DNA from: Macrostomum lignano
Lineage: Eukaryota
DNA length: 64,000 nucleotides
NCBI GenBank assembly: GCA_002269645.1
Contig: NIVC01001263.1
Location: forward strand, 124,001-188,000
Direction: 5' to 3'
Shown here: in pieces, positions 38,460-51,203 of the stretch
Numbering within the stretch: position 1 is the first letter of the stretch
How the letters are laid out: every line of letters begins with the position of its first letter
The notes under the pieces: model-generated
What the model saw: only the letters and a program-made list of their open reading frames with translations
Databases searched by the model: none
What the model was told of the DNA's origin: nothing
Made by a program: the position numbers and the translations under genes

Positions 38460-38830
38460 AGGGTGGCAGTTAACACCTGAGGATCTGGGAGAGTGGCGGA
38501 TCACACCTGAGGATCTGGGAGGGTGGCGAATCACACCTGAGGATTTGGGAGAGTGGCGGATCACACCTGAGGATTTGGGAGAGTGGCGGATCACACCTGA
38601 GGATCTGGGAGAGTGGCGGATCACACCTGAGGATCTGGGAGAGTGGCGGATCACACCTGAGGATCTGGGAGAGTGGCGGATCACACCTGAGGATCTGGGA
38701 GAGTGGCGGATCACACCTGAGGATTTTGGAGAGTGGCGGATCACACATGAGGATCTGAGAGGGTGGAGGATCACACCTGAGGATCTGGGAGGGTGGAGGA
38801 TCACATCTGAGGATTTGGAAGGGTGGATCG
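38460..38830. repeat. 30-bp minisatellite (cacacctgaggatctgggagagtggcggat)n
   Basis: Directly visible, ~12 copies. Confidence 0.95.
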
Positions 38831-38927
38831 TAAACGCTAATTTCGGATAACGGACTATAGAATTAATAACTACAATTACAGCCCAAACACAAGATCAAAA
38901 GCACCATTTCTCCTTAATAAGAAAATA

Positions 38928-39885
38928 CTTCGGGTGTGTCATAAGTAATGTCACTGCAGGCCTCTGTCTAAAATATGTAGGCACATGGACTTGTGGGTAG
39001 CGTAGCTGCAAAGTATACTTAGTGAAGCAATAGCAGCGCATTTGAGACGTGCATAGGTTGTTTATGGCCCAAGCTATCGCAAGAATACGCCAAGCAGATT
39101 TAGCAAGTGCAACGCGATGAAAAATCGTCTATGCAGCGAACAAAAATCACCATGAATCTCGACAAGACGCCTGCATCAAGCAGATTCGCAAGGTGTTCAG
39201 CAGGCGGGGCTTGAATGACATCCTAAACTGCCTGGTTGCTGAGGATGAAAGCTGGCTCCACCTGGATGGCAAGGGCAGCAAGGCAGACAATCGCTGCTGG
39301 CTGGGAGCTGGGGACTCCAGGGCGACTGTGACCAGGAAGTCCATCTTGGACAAGAAGACCATGCTGCTGGTAGCCTTCACGCCAAATGAACGAGTCTCCA
39401 TCTGCACAACTCCACCGAACACCAAGGTCGATGGCCAGTACTTTATCGACTTTATCCGGCACACTGGAGACCTCTGGCGCAATCTGCGGTCAAATCCATG
39501 TCACCTGGACGAGGTTCTGTGGCAGATGGACACCGCACGGCTGCACACCTGAAGGCTGTTTCGAATTTTCGAGTGAATCTGCTCTGACAGAGTCCCTACA
39601 GCCCGGACTTCAACTTGTGCAAGAGATTCCTGTTCAAATGGCTGAAGGCTGAATTTTCCAAGAAGGTTTCGCAAACCATGAAGAGGTAAAACAGGCCGCG
39701 TTGCACTGGATACGGCAGTTGGAGGAAAAACACCTGTAGGCTGAGGTAGACAAGCTGTATGAGCACTGCCAGAGGGTGATTGATATTGGGGGACTCTATG
39801 TTGTTGAGTGGTACAGTTTTGTTCATCTGCGATTGCAAGTTCGTCTGTTTTCACATCAGTGACATTACTTATGACACACCCGAAG
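38928..39885 (+). mobile_element. Internally deleted, degenerate mariner element (958 bp)
   Basis: Perfect 29-bp TIRs cttcgggtgtgtcataagtaatgtcactg (38928-38956; inverted at 39857-39885); TA on both sides (38926-7, 39886-7); transposase remnants DESW, WQMDTARLH, PYSPD. Confidence 0.93.
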
Positions 39886-42800
39886 TAATGATTTGAACTG
39901 CCGCCCTTCCCCATAGCAACAGGTCTCGAGTGCTCAACCAGCTTGGCCCGGCGCCAAGCCTGTCGCACGAATTCGTGCAGCTCTCGCACTGGAAACGGCA
40001 GCTCAAGCTGGGGCGGAGACTCGCCGCGGCAAATCAGGAATACGGTGGTGGCCGGGGCCAGCTGCTTGGCGCAGGCAGTCAAGGATGGATAATCGTGCGT
40101 GTTGATAAGGCCGCGGCCCGACTGGAGCTCGGTTTCTAGGAAACGGCTGGCGCGCCTGGCAGCCTGGCTGGTCTGCTTCAGCCTGTCCAGATAGTCGATG
40201 GAGCTGCGCGGCAGCACCAGGATGCAGCGCCGACTGCTGACCAAGGCTTTCAGCCGGTCGAGGCCGTCTGTGAGGCACCGACGCGACGGAATGGCGTGCG
40301 ACGACTGCGGAGCGAAAATGGATGGGTAAGCTACTGTTAGTAATGTAAGCGAGCCGACTGACAAACTTGCAGTTAATTAATAATTGGCACTTGAGGAGCT
40401 CACGGTGATTGCTGGCGTCGCCTGAGACACGGCGGACTCCAACTGCTGCACCTGATTGATGAGGCGCAGCTGGGCCAGATTCCGCATCTGGGCATCCCTG
40501 CTGGCCTGTGCGACAGCCGTTGGCCCCAGAAAGTGGCCAGCAGTCGAGTCGAACTCGAACGCCAGCTGGTCATTCTGCACAGCCAGGAAGCCGAACCGGC
40601 GGATGGCGGCCAGGCGCAGGCGCGACTCATCCAGACGGGCAGCCTGGCCGGCGGCGGCGAAGTCCAGGTGGCGTTGCACCGGCTGGAACAGGCGGAGGCC
40701 GCGGGCGTGCGCGTCCTCCGGCAGGGCTGCCGAGCGCTCCGGCTCCGGGCAGATGACGCCGCTGTCCTCGCCAGGCGGAGCGGGCAGCAGGTTGAGCAAA
40801 GCTGACAGACTGTCCCACAGCGGCAGGCAGGAAGACTGTGGAAGTTCGGGTGAAAGGCCGGAGTAACTTTGACTGCTGATATGCAATGCTAGAAGTAGTA
40901 TGACGATTTTTTGGAAACCCTTTGGCAACACCCTTTGTCTGCATTTTGGCGAAAAGCCAAGCTCAAAGCTCACCTGCACTGCTCGGCTGAGGAGATGAGG
41001 CTGGCACAGCATCCAGTCTAGCAGCAGTTTGACAGTCTGCAGCAGGCGAACCCGACTAATTGCCAATTCAACGGCCTCGGCAGCGGCCGCAGTGGAATCG
41101 TCCTTTTGCGCATCCGCCTCACAAACAGTCGAGACGTTTGCGTTGGAATTTTCTGCATCAGCAGGCGGGCCATCCTGACCCAACTCTGCAGCCTCCGACT
41201 TATCGTCGTTCTCTTCGTCGTGAAACATCAACGCTGATGGAATGCCGTAGCTGAAGCAAAACGACGGCAGGCCGCCGCCGCCGCCAACGCTGGTCGACGG
41301 TGGGTCGGCCGCAGCCATTGCGGCCTCATCTTCGGCGTTGCTGTCCTCTCCTTCCCTTCCAACTTCTCCATCCTCGCCTTCAACCTCCTCGTCATCCTCG
41401 TCGTAACCGAACGCCAACTGACAGTCGCTGGACTCGCCCGATGACGAAAAAGCATCGCCTTCACTGCCAGAGCCGCGCCGTCGCCGCCTCCTTCGACGTC
41501 GTCGACGCAGCCTCGGAGCGGAGAAGCCGTGAAAATCGCCGGCAGCATCGTCTTCGTCTTCGTCCTCCCCGCCGCCTTCGACCTCTTCTGCAGCTGCATC
41601 GTCTTCATCGACATCGCTGTCATCAGCAGTCGGCTCCCCAGCGTCAAGCTCAGCCGTGGGTGCCGCAGTCGCCACGGTCTGCAGCGCGTGCCGGCACCTG
41701 GCCAGGGCGCAGCGCAGCACGCAGGCAAACAGGCCCAGGCAGAAGGCGGTGCAGGCGTGCGCATGTCGGGAGTTGGCGGCCGCCAGCGAGTCCAGGCAGA
41801 GGACGGCGGCCAGCGCGGCCTGCAGCACAGCAGAGTCGGCCAGGCGGTGCGGCCGCATCGGGTCGACCTCGGAGGCGCGCACGGCCAGGCATGCGGCTTC
41901 GTCGCCATCGTCGCAGTCGGACAGGCAGACTGAGAGGCCGGCAAGGACTGACTGGCACAGCGCGTTCAGCTCGGCGTCAAGCTGACGGTAGTTTTGACGC
42001 CGCTGATGCTGCATCAGCTGGTGAGGCTGCAGCAGGCGGCCAATCAGATAAACAAACCGCACAGCGAACTGCTTCACGGGCTTGTGCGGTCGGCCGGCTT
42101 CGGCAGAACCGGCAGCTGCCGCCGCGGAATCCAACGGTGGCAGGGATTCGAATCGGCGCTGATTTTTGTTTAAAATTTTGGCCAGGTTGCGTCTGGAGCC
42201 TTCGAACGGCTGCTCGCAGGCCAGGCATCTGCAGGAACAAAATAAGTAGAAAGGATTTCGAATGCGATTATCGGTGTGCGTATTAGTGTGGAATTATCCA
42301 GATTCCAGCTGTGTGTTCGTCCTCCCTAGCAGCTAAGTTTTAACAAACAGCAGCGCACCTAAGATAATAATACACGGCAGTGAGGTTGTAGTAGTTGCCA
42401 ACATCCAATGTGCCCAGCTGGTTGTACGGCAGGCCAATCATGGGCTCAAATCTGGCAGCGGCGCCGTAATAGCGCTGAACAAGCGCCAGCGCCACTTCGC
42501 CTTGAAACTCGCGCAGATATCTGTACAGATCCCCGATGTGCATCAGGCACCTGTGCACGGCGCCGCGCGCCCAGTCCGCGGCGGCAGCGTTGGCGCCAGC
42601 ATCGGTAGTCAGGTCGGCGCTAAGTAGAAGCTTCGGCGCCGGTGCAAAATCGGCGCAACCAACAGCGGCCACCTCGGCGAGGCCGGCAGCGTCGTCAGCT
42701 GCCACCGGATACTCCAGCAGCACCCGGGAGAGCAACTGATTGTAGAAGCCCAGCCCGCTGATCAGATGCGCCCGGTACAGGGCCTCAACCTGCCCCGAGA

Positions 42801-43059
42801 GCCTGTTGGACTGGCGGTACTTTTTAATGCAAGCCAACACCTCGTAGAAGCCTTTGCGCCATAGAATGTCTTCGCCTTTGGCGCCGAAATCAGCCGGCGT
42901 CAGAAAGATAATCTTCAATAGCGTGGACTTCAATCGGTGACGCAGGCTGGCCGCATCTGGGCAGAACAGAGCAACCTCCGGCTCATGTGGATGCTGATGA
43001 TAGATCTCATTCAGGCGGCTAATGCACTCCTCTACTACTCTATAGGTGACTTTCTCCAT
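39501..43059 (-). CDS. SMG5: Nonsense-mediated decay factor SMG5 (EST1B): 14-3-3-like/TPR domain and C-terminal PIN domain
   Basis: Exons 43059-42359, 42228-40974, 40835-40404, 40304-39501. Motifs LWRKGFYE, HRCLMHIGDLYRY, IGLPYNQLGTL, YYYLRC, LWDSLSALLNLLP, MRNLAQLRL, LPRSSIDYLDRLK. As assembled, the last exon reads through into the mariner at 39885. Confidence 0.9.
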
Positions 43060-44828
43060 GCTGGCGCTGCCTGCCTGCTACCTGATGTTAGTAGTCATGT
43101 ACGGGTTGGTACAGCCATAGAATACAGGCATTGTAGAATATGGTTCATGCATGGAAATACAGTTTAATTGCATCAGCCTAGCTCCCATATAACTACTAAT
43201 AACTACTTAAGAAGAAAGCAGATAAGATTGTTTAATTGCTACGAGTATAAAATTTGCTTATGAATTTAGTTTTTTTGTTATTACAGTTACATGTAAATAT
43301 ATAAACAAATTATGATGTTTTTGTAAATATTAATAATATGCATGATACAGAACTTTAGTCTTTTCAAAAAGCAATTTAATGAAAAAAGACATAGTTTGCT
43401 ATTATTTTAATATTGGCAATAAAAGCTAGATAATTATTTATAATACAACTACAAAGTTACATATTTGCAAGACCTACTTTTTATTCAAATTTGCCATTAT
43501 TAAAGTTGACTACCATAAATTATAAAATTAAATTATAGTTCTTTAATTGCTTTTATACTTATATTTAAAGTATTTTTAATGTTTAACTTTAAGGTGACAT
43601 TTACTCTCAAGGTATAAGCTGCAGTGCTGCCATTGCAGTCGGCCAAGGTGGTTGGCTGCCAGGACTGCACAGGGCTGACCAGGTAGGCCCAGCGGTCCGC
43701 GCTGGGAGTCGGGCTCACCAATGAGGCAGAAGGCCTTTTAGTTTGATAGATGGTACGGCAGCCAAGATTCTGCACTGCGTTGCGCATGTATTTATATGAT
43801 TATAACAAACAGTGCGAGATTGAGGGGCCAAGGGAGGTGCGAAAAGGTGGCGTGGAGTGATTGGCTACGCCAACCCCCCCCTCCCGGCTTAGTGAGCCAG
43901 CTAGCTTGGCGCGTACCCACCCCACCTCAGCTAGACAGAGGTGGGGGGGTTTCCAGTGCGGCTGGCTGCCACATGTCTTAGTTTTTATACTAAAAAGTTT
44001 GTATAAATAGATGCCTTTTGGTTTTAAGTCACTATTACTATATTAGACATATCACATGTTTTCACAATGGCCTCATTTATAAACTAAGCTTATATATACA
44101 ACTTTGACCAATCAGTTTCACCAACATTAAATAAAGATGGCTGACTAAGAGATAAAGGGTGGATAAGTCATAGGCTTTAGCTGAAGTTGTCATATTTAAG
44201 GTTGTCATATGCTTTAAACTACTAGAAAAACAATTAAATTATCTAAATTGTCATTGTCTTAGCATTTGGACACTGTTGCATTCACTAAATAGTTATATTA
44301 TATTTTATTAGCTGCACAAAGATCTTTGCTCATAGCAACAATATGTTTTTGTTTGTCAAAAAAATGATGTTCAACTTTAAAAATTTGCATTTATATTATC
44401 TGCTTAAAAGATGCAAAGCCTTAGACTAATTCTAAGCACTTGGACTTGGATTGGACAAGTCATCATCATCATATGACAATTTAAAATTATAGAGTATACT
44501 GTGAATATGACAATTTTGACTATACTTGAGTTATGATGCCAAATTATACTATTTGCTTAGTTTGTTATGTAGATTATATGTCAGTCAGTTTAACATTAGT
44601 TAGACTGGCCAAAGTTATATATATCCTCACTTCTATAAAAATGTCTTGTAACCTATAAGCTCTACTTTTATTACCTATGATATTTATGCTTTTTATTTTG
44701 TCAGCAATTGTCAAGTTTTATTCATTAAATTATTTTTACTTGATAAAAAAGTAATCTACAAACTATTTTAAGTACTTTTAAGAGAATTAGCTTGATTAAG
44801 CACTAATTCTGTTTCAAAACTTATTATA

Positions 44829-46194
44829 CGAGGGATGTTCCATAAGTACTTATACTTTTGCATGCTGCTCAGGAACTACGCAACCAATCATTGTAAGTTT
44901 TATGTCGCTGGAAAGCGGCTTTACTCATCTTTAATCTGTCGCCAAAATCATTTCGTTCTGTCAACTATGTCAAAAGTTACAACAAAAAACGTAGTCAAAG
45001 GTCACCCATAGACTTACAAGAAATTTTCAAAATCAAAACTTCAAAGTTCAGCACGCAGAGTTATTTCGGATTCTACATAATGCATTCTTTTTTGCTTCAT
45101 AAGCGAATGCCACACCCTTTTCGTCTATGGAAAATACTGGCCTAAGCTTTCACAGCATCTTAATCTTAAGATCACAGCATCTTAATCTTGTAAAGTTTCA
45201 CCACCTTGGCTGCTGCTGCATCACCATGGATGTGAACTCAAGGGAAGGACAGCGCGCTGCAATTTTTACCCTCTGGAAACTCGGAAAAAAGCGATCAGAG
45301 ATTTATGCGGATTTATGCAACATTCATGGAGCTAATGCGGTGAGCAGGATGACCGTCTACAACTGGGTTGAGCAGTTCGAAGCAGGAAGGACCAATCCTC
45401 CGGTAAAAGCTCAAAGGACGCACATGGAAAGAAGATCATGCTGTCTCTGTTTTTCGACTGCAATGGTCCTCTAACTGTCAAGTTTTTGGAGCCAAACACT
45501 ACAATAAACTCTGAGCGCTACGTTGAAACGCTAACAAAGCTGCATCATGACATCCAGAACAAGCGTCGTGAAAATCCCAGATCTTTCATTCTTCATCATG
45601 ACAATGCAAGGCCTCATACAGCACAAAAGACAGTCGAGGCAATCAGCAAGCTGAAGCTCCATCTTCTACCTCACCCTCCTTACTCTCCAGACCTGGCACC
45701 AGCAGACTTTGCTTTATTTCCAGAGTTGAAGCGCCATCTGAAAGGACGCGTGTACGAGACCAGGAACCAGATCGAGGAGGAAGTCCGCAGAATTCTGCTG
45801 TATGTCATCCCCCGACAGCTGTACGCAGAAGCCATCAAAAGCATGTTTAACAGGTGGACCAAGTGCATCAACTCCGGTGGAAACTACGTTGAGAAGGTGT
45901 CGGTACCGACTGAGGATGAGTGACAAAGAAGTCAAACTTTCTGTCATCAACAACGCGCCTCTGTTTTCATGCTTGCCATTGTAGTTGTTGCTCTTTAAAT
46001 TTCTTGTAAGTCTATGGGTGACCTTTGACTACGTTTTTTGTTGTAACTTTTGACATAGTTGACAGAACGAAATGATTTTGGCGACAGATTAAAGATGAGT
46101 AAAGCCGCTTTCCAGCGACATAAAACTTACAATGATTGGTTGCGTAGTTCCTGAGCAGCATGCAAAAGTATAAGTACTTATGGAACATCCCTCG
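44829..46194 (+). mobile_element. DD34D mariner derivative with 198-bp TIRs and an internally deleted transposase
   Basis: TIRs 44829-45026 and 45997-46194 look identical by eye; TA on both flanks. Transposase from ATG 45226 (first HTH) joins out of frame to ..MLSLFFD, HDNARPH-x-PYSPDLAPAD (34 aa between D2 and D3), stop 45923. The second HTH and first catalytic Asp are missing. Confidence 0.95.
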
Positions 46195-48715
46195 TAATAT
46201 AACACCAGATAACACCAGAAAGCTGCATCATAGTCTATGGCCAGAATGTTTGATATTTTTTGACTTGGAAAAAGGTCTATGGTCTAGTTGAAACATGAAT
46301 GATTTTTAACAAGTTGACAAATAACAAATAATTAAAAGTAAAGTTTGCTTAGCAAGCCACATGTATATGCTGCATGCCACATGAATAAGACTTTACAAGC
46401 CTTATTTGAAATATACTTAGAGGAATTATGGTATTAACTAAACCCAATAAAAACATTTGGGAATATCCTATATTAGATTTCCTACTATTATAGCATATAA
46501 AGCTTTTACTGCTTGTTGGCAATTTGACCATAATACTTTTTATTTATTCTGTAAAGACTTGTTTACTTGTTAATGTTTTGGCCATAGACTATCCTGTTGC
46601 AGCTTTCCAGTGTCCGATATATTATAAGAATTACAATCACTTTGGTGACAAGTCACTTTGGCGATAGCCATTTTGGCGACACATTTGGATCACTTTGGCA
46701 ACAACTTTGGCCAATATATTTTTTGCCAATGAAACTTTACGATTAAAGTGTGATTTATCCACTTTAATATGATATTATAATGTTATAAATTTATTTGGCA
46801 TATTGGCATATATAGGCACATACACTATGTCACTCCATTGCAGAAAAAAAGAAAAAGAAATAAACATGCATTAAAAGCATTAAAACAAAAGTTTCATAAA
46901 GTATAAATTTTTACATTTAGGCCTATTCAAAAGTATACATGCACATGACATATGCTTAATGCCATTAGAAAGCTACTCAATTATATATTGATAATATTGG
47001 TAAACATGGATCATGGTATCTTATCTTGTTTCCATTTTTATATTAATAATATTTAAAGTATACCCCTTTTCTATTTTCCATATCGCACAACTGAAAAAGC
47101 CCACACTGGAACTCCTTATCTATGACTATGTAAAGCATAGCCTGTACGCTGTAGCTGTAGTAGGTATGGACATAAAATGATCAAAATTAAAATTTTCAAG
47201 TTTTATCTACTAGAACTGGATTCTATGCGAGTGCCTAAAAACATTAGTAAAAACAGGAATATCATTAATAAAACCAAATAAAATTTATTTTAAATGCACT
47301 TATTAGACACAAAGTGTCACTTTTTGATTACAGAAGACACAGTCACTTTAACCTTTTTTAATTATAAAAGCCAAAAAATAAAGAAGTCGAGGAAGTTTGG
47401 CGATTGCATGGTCAACGACCCGAGGCACACACACACGACTAAGCTGCGCTGAATAGATGCAAATATTATCACAGAATCATATTATTTTGTTGATGAAAAA
47501 CCTTTTTTGGATGCTTACTGGATATATATTGTGTTAAACTGTTGTCTCTTTTATATTTTGTTATAGCAGTTACAATAATTTAAAGTGCAATTTGCGGAAA
47601 TTTTATTTATCGTGGTCGTGAGACGCATTTGTTTCCCCATTGATATTCGCATTGATATTCAAATTTTAACAAAAGCAAAATACTAAAAGCAACCCGTAGC
47701 ATGAAACTTTACACAGAGTAAACTGCAACCGTGAAACGACTATTGGTCAAGTTTCAGCTCGATATGTAACTTTGGCTCTGAGCAGGAGCGATTTTCGATG
47801 TGTTCCATTTAAAATACACGTGATTCCAAAATTCATATTGATATTCGAGTACAGGTACTTCTGCTTCACCGATCTTGATGAAACTTTACACAGAGTAAAC
47901 TGCAACCGTGAAACGACTATTGGTCAAGTTTCAGCTCGATATGTAACTTTGGCTTTGAGCAGGAGCGATTTTCGATGTGTTCCATTTAAAATACATGTGA
48001 TTCCAAAATTCATATTGATATTCGAGTACAGGTACTTCTGCTTCACCGATCTTGACGAAACTTTACACAGAGTAAACTGCAACCGTGAAACGACTATTGG
48101 TCAAGTTTCAGCTCGATATGTAACTTTGGCTCTGAGCAGGGGCGATTTTCGATGTGTTCCATTTAAAATACATGTGATTCCAAAATTCATATTGATATTC
48201 GAGTACAGGTACTTCTGCTTCACCGATCTTGACGAAACTTTACACAGAGTAAACTGCAACCGTGAAACGACTATTGGTCAAGTTTCAGCTCGATATGTAA
48301 CTTTGGCTTTGAGCAGGAGCGATTTTCGATGTGTTCCATTTAAAATACATGTGATTCCAAAATTCATATTGATATTCGAGTACAGGTACTTCTGCTTCAC
48401 CGATCTTGACGAAACTTTACACAGAGTAAACTGCAACCGTGAAACGACTATTGGTCAAGTTTCAGCTCGATATGTAACTTTGGCTCTGAGCAGGGGCGAT
48501 TTTCGATGTGTTCCATTTAAAATACATGTGATTCCAAAATTCATATTGATATTCGAGTACAGGTACTTCTGCTTCACCGATCTTGACGAAACTTTACACA
48601 GAGTAAACTGCAACCGTGAAACGACTATTGGTCAAGTTTCAGCTCGATATGTAACTTTGGCTCTGAGCAGGAGCGATTTTCGATGTGTTCCATTTAAAAT
48701 ACATGTGATTCCAAA

Positions 48716-51203
48716 CAACAACAACAACAACAGAGTACGCTGCCAGTTCGCAAAAGCAGCGTCAGATGGCGCGCTTCGAAGCTTGGGCGCGAACAAAAGC
48801 CGCACCGCCGGCAGAGTCCGGGGCGCCGGCGTCAGCCAGCAGACAGTCGACGTAGCGCCGAGTCCTCGCCTGTCCCCGCCGGTAGGGTGCCTGCAACGTA
48901 AGTAGCAGCACCTCCTGCACCGGCTCCGGACAGTAGGCCTCGGCGCGGATGACGTGGCCTGCCAGCTGGAGTCGCCGACGGCGCAGCAGATCGCTAGGAC
49001 GGGCCAGGCCGGCGCGATGATAGAGCGCCGTGTTGGTGACTCGCTCGTTGCCGATCTTGAAGGCGGCGCGCAGCAGGCCAGCGTGCGCCGCGTCGACTTG
49101 AGCCTCGAGCGAGTCTATCAGCGTCCAGGTCTCGGCGTTGTATAACAGGACGGTCTCGATCACCGCCTGGAACAGCGCCGCCCTCTGGCGGTCCGGTAGG
49201 GCCTCGGACTGCAGGACTGACCTTATAGAACGAAAGGCAGCCCAGGCAAGTCCTCGTCGACGCCGCAGATCCTCGCGGACGTCGGGAACCAGACCGCCGA
49301 GGTAGACGAACTGCTGACATCTTGGAAGCTCACTCGCCTGTCCGTCAGCGCCTCGGCAGAAGATTGCAGCCTCGGTGTCGTCCGGCACGCATAGCACGAC
49401 GGTCTTCTGCGTGTTGACCACCAGGCCGACGCTCGCCGCAACGGCAACCAGTCTGTCCAGCTGTCGTTGGGCGCCCTCGACGGTCGAGGACAGCAGGGCG
49501 AGGTCATCGGCGTAGCCAAGCACGCTGAGCCGTCTCTCCGGTTGGCGTCGACCCACGCGTCGCCGCAGCAGGAAGCCGTCGTCGTTGGAAGGCAGAGCAG
49601 TCCGTAGCACCCAGTCAAGCACCAGAATAAATAGGAACGGCGCTAGCGTATCTCCCTGGAGCACCCCGGAGGATGTCTCGAAGAAATCCGATAGGCCGTC
49701 CGGTGTTGAGACAGCAGCCGTCGTGCCGTGGTATAGCGCCATGACAGCAGAAATCAGCAGGTCTGGCACGTTGTACGCACGGAGCACCTCTGGGAGCGCG
49801 TCCCTCACGACCGAGTCGAAGGCCTTCCTGAAATCGACGAAGATCAGGATCAGGGTCAACTGGCGGATGCGCGCCTCCTCGATGACTCGCCGAAGAGCCA
49901 GGATCTGCGTCACTGTGCTGCGATGGGGCCGGAATCCGTTCTGCTCAGGCCACAGGTACGGGTCCAGCACAGTCTGCAACCGCGATAGCAGCATGCGGCT
50001 GAACAGCTTCGCGGCGCAGGATTGTAGGCAGATGCCTCGATGCTCCTCGAGCTTGGTGGTGCCCGGCTTCTTTGGAATGGCGACGATGTGCGCCGTGGTC
50101 CATTCGTTTGGCGCCACCTCACCGGAAAGCACGCGGTTCATCACTCTGGCGACCTCAGTGGCCACGCAGTGGATCCGCAGCGCCTCGGTGGGCATCTCGT
50201 CCGGACCAAGCGCTTTGGCGCCCGGCGACTGCCGAGCGAACTTCACAACGTCGGCTGTACTGACTGGGGCAACGTTGAAGCTCTCCTCCGCCGGCAACGG
50301 CGTCTCCGGCGGCAGCCTCAGATTTTCTGGAAGCGGAGGGGGCGGCGCGTTGACAATGGCGGTGAAGAACTCGCGCAGCTCGTACCTGCGCTCATCCGGA
50401 ATGTCGCCTGCCTGGTTGAGCGCGATGCGCCGCTTTCGCCCCGTCAGAGTGTTGATGACGGACCAGGCCACGCGCCCTCTGGAATCGGGCCCTGCGGCAG
50501 AGACGGCTTGGGTGGCGTCATCGACAGCGGACTGCTGCCGCTGCAGGTAGACAGCCGCCAGAGCCTCCTCCGCCTCGCGAGTTTGCCGCCCACTCAGACG
50601 GAGCCTCTCCAGATCTTCCCTCGCTTCGTCGATCGCGGGTCGTCCTGCCAGACCGCTGGGCCGGTCGCATCAGTGGGACTGCTTGCTCCGCATCGGCTCG
50701 AACTGCAGCGCTCACCTCCGCGTACTCGGCTCCTCCACGCTTGTCGCCCAGCGCAGTGACAAAGGCACCGGCAAAGCGACGTAGTAGCGCCGCGGTGGCC
50801 GCTTTGGCGGACGGTAGAGCGGGTCCCGAAGCCGAAGGTCGCAGATGAGCAGCCGATGGTCGGACCGCAGAGCCAGCGGCGTAATGGTGCGGCAGTTGGT
50901 GACGCGGCGGCGCACACGAAAGCGCACAAGCACGTGGTCGAGCTGTGCCAGCCTCCGCGTAGCGTTCCGGCCGCGCGCGTTCCGCCGCCTCCGCTTGCAG
51001 CCCACGAAGGTCGCGAGCCTGCCCGGTGACTTGCGGAATCTGGTGTTGGCCGACACCATGTCCTGTCTCTCCAGGAAGTCCTCTAGCGCTCCGGTGTTGC
51101 CGTTCTCGCGCGCTGTCACAAACAGCGATCGCTCGGACCTACGCAGAACTGCGTTCAGGTCTCCGAGAATGACCACTGTGTCACGTTGCGCCATCTCCTC
51201 CAC
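48716..51203 (-). mobile_element. 5'-truncated non-LTR retrotransposon (APE + RT, RTE-like clade)
   Basis: Endonuclease motifs GDLN, LDH, SDH (51203-50712). RT ORF 50471-48762 with QNGFR, DFRKAFDSV, GVLQGDTLAP, YADD, YLG. Short (CAA)n/(TTG)n tail at 48716-48732. Frame disruption between EN and RT. Clade assignment is less certain than LINE identity. Confidence 0.93.

Noticed and set aside
33397-39000. Head-to-head HSP60 partner of HSP10
   Set aside because: No GroEL/HSP60-like coding sequence is present upstream within the window.
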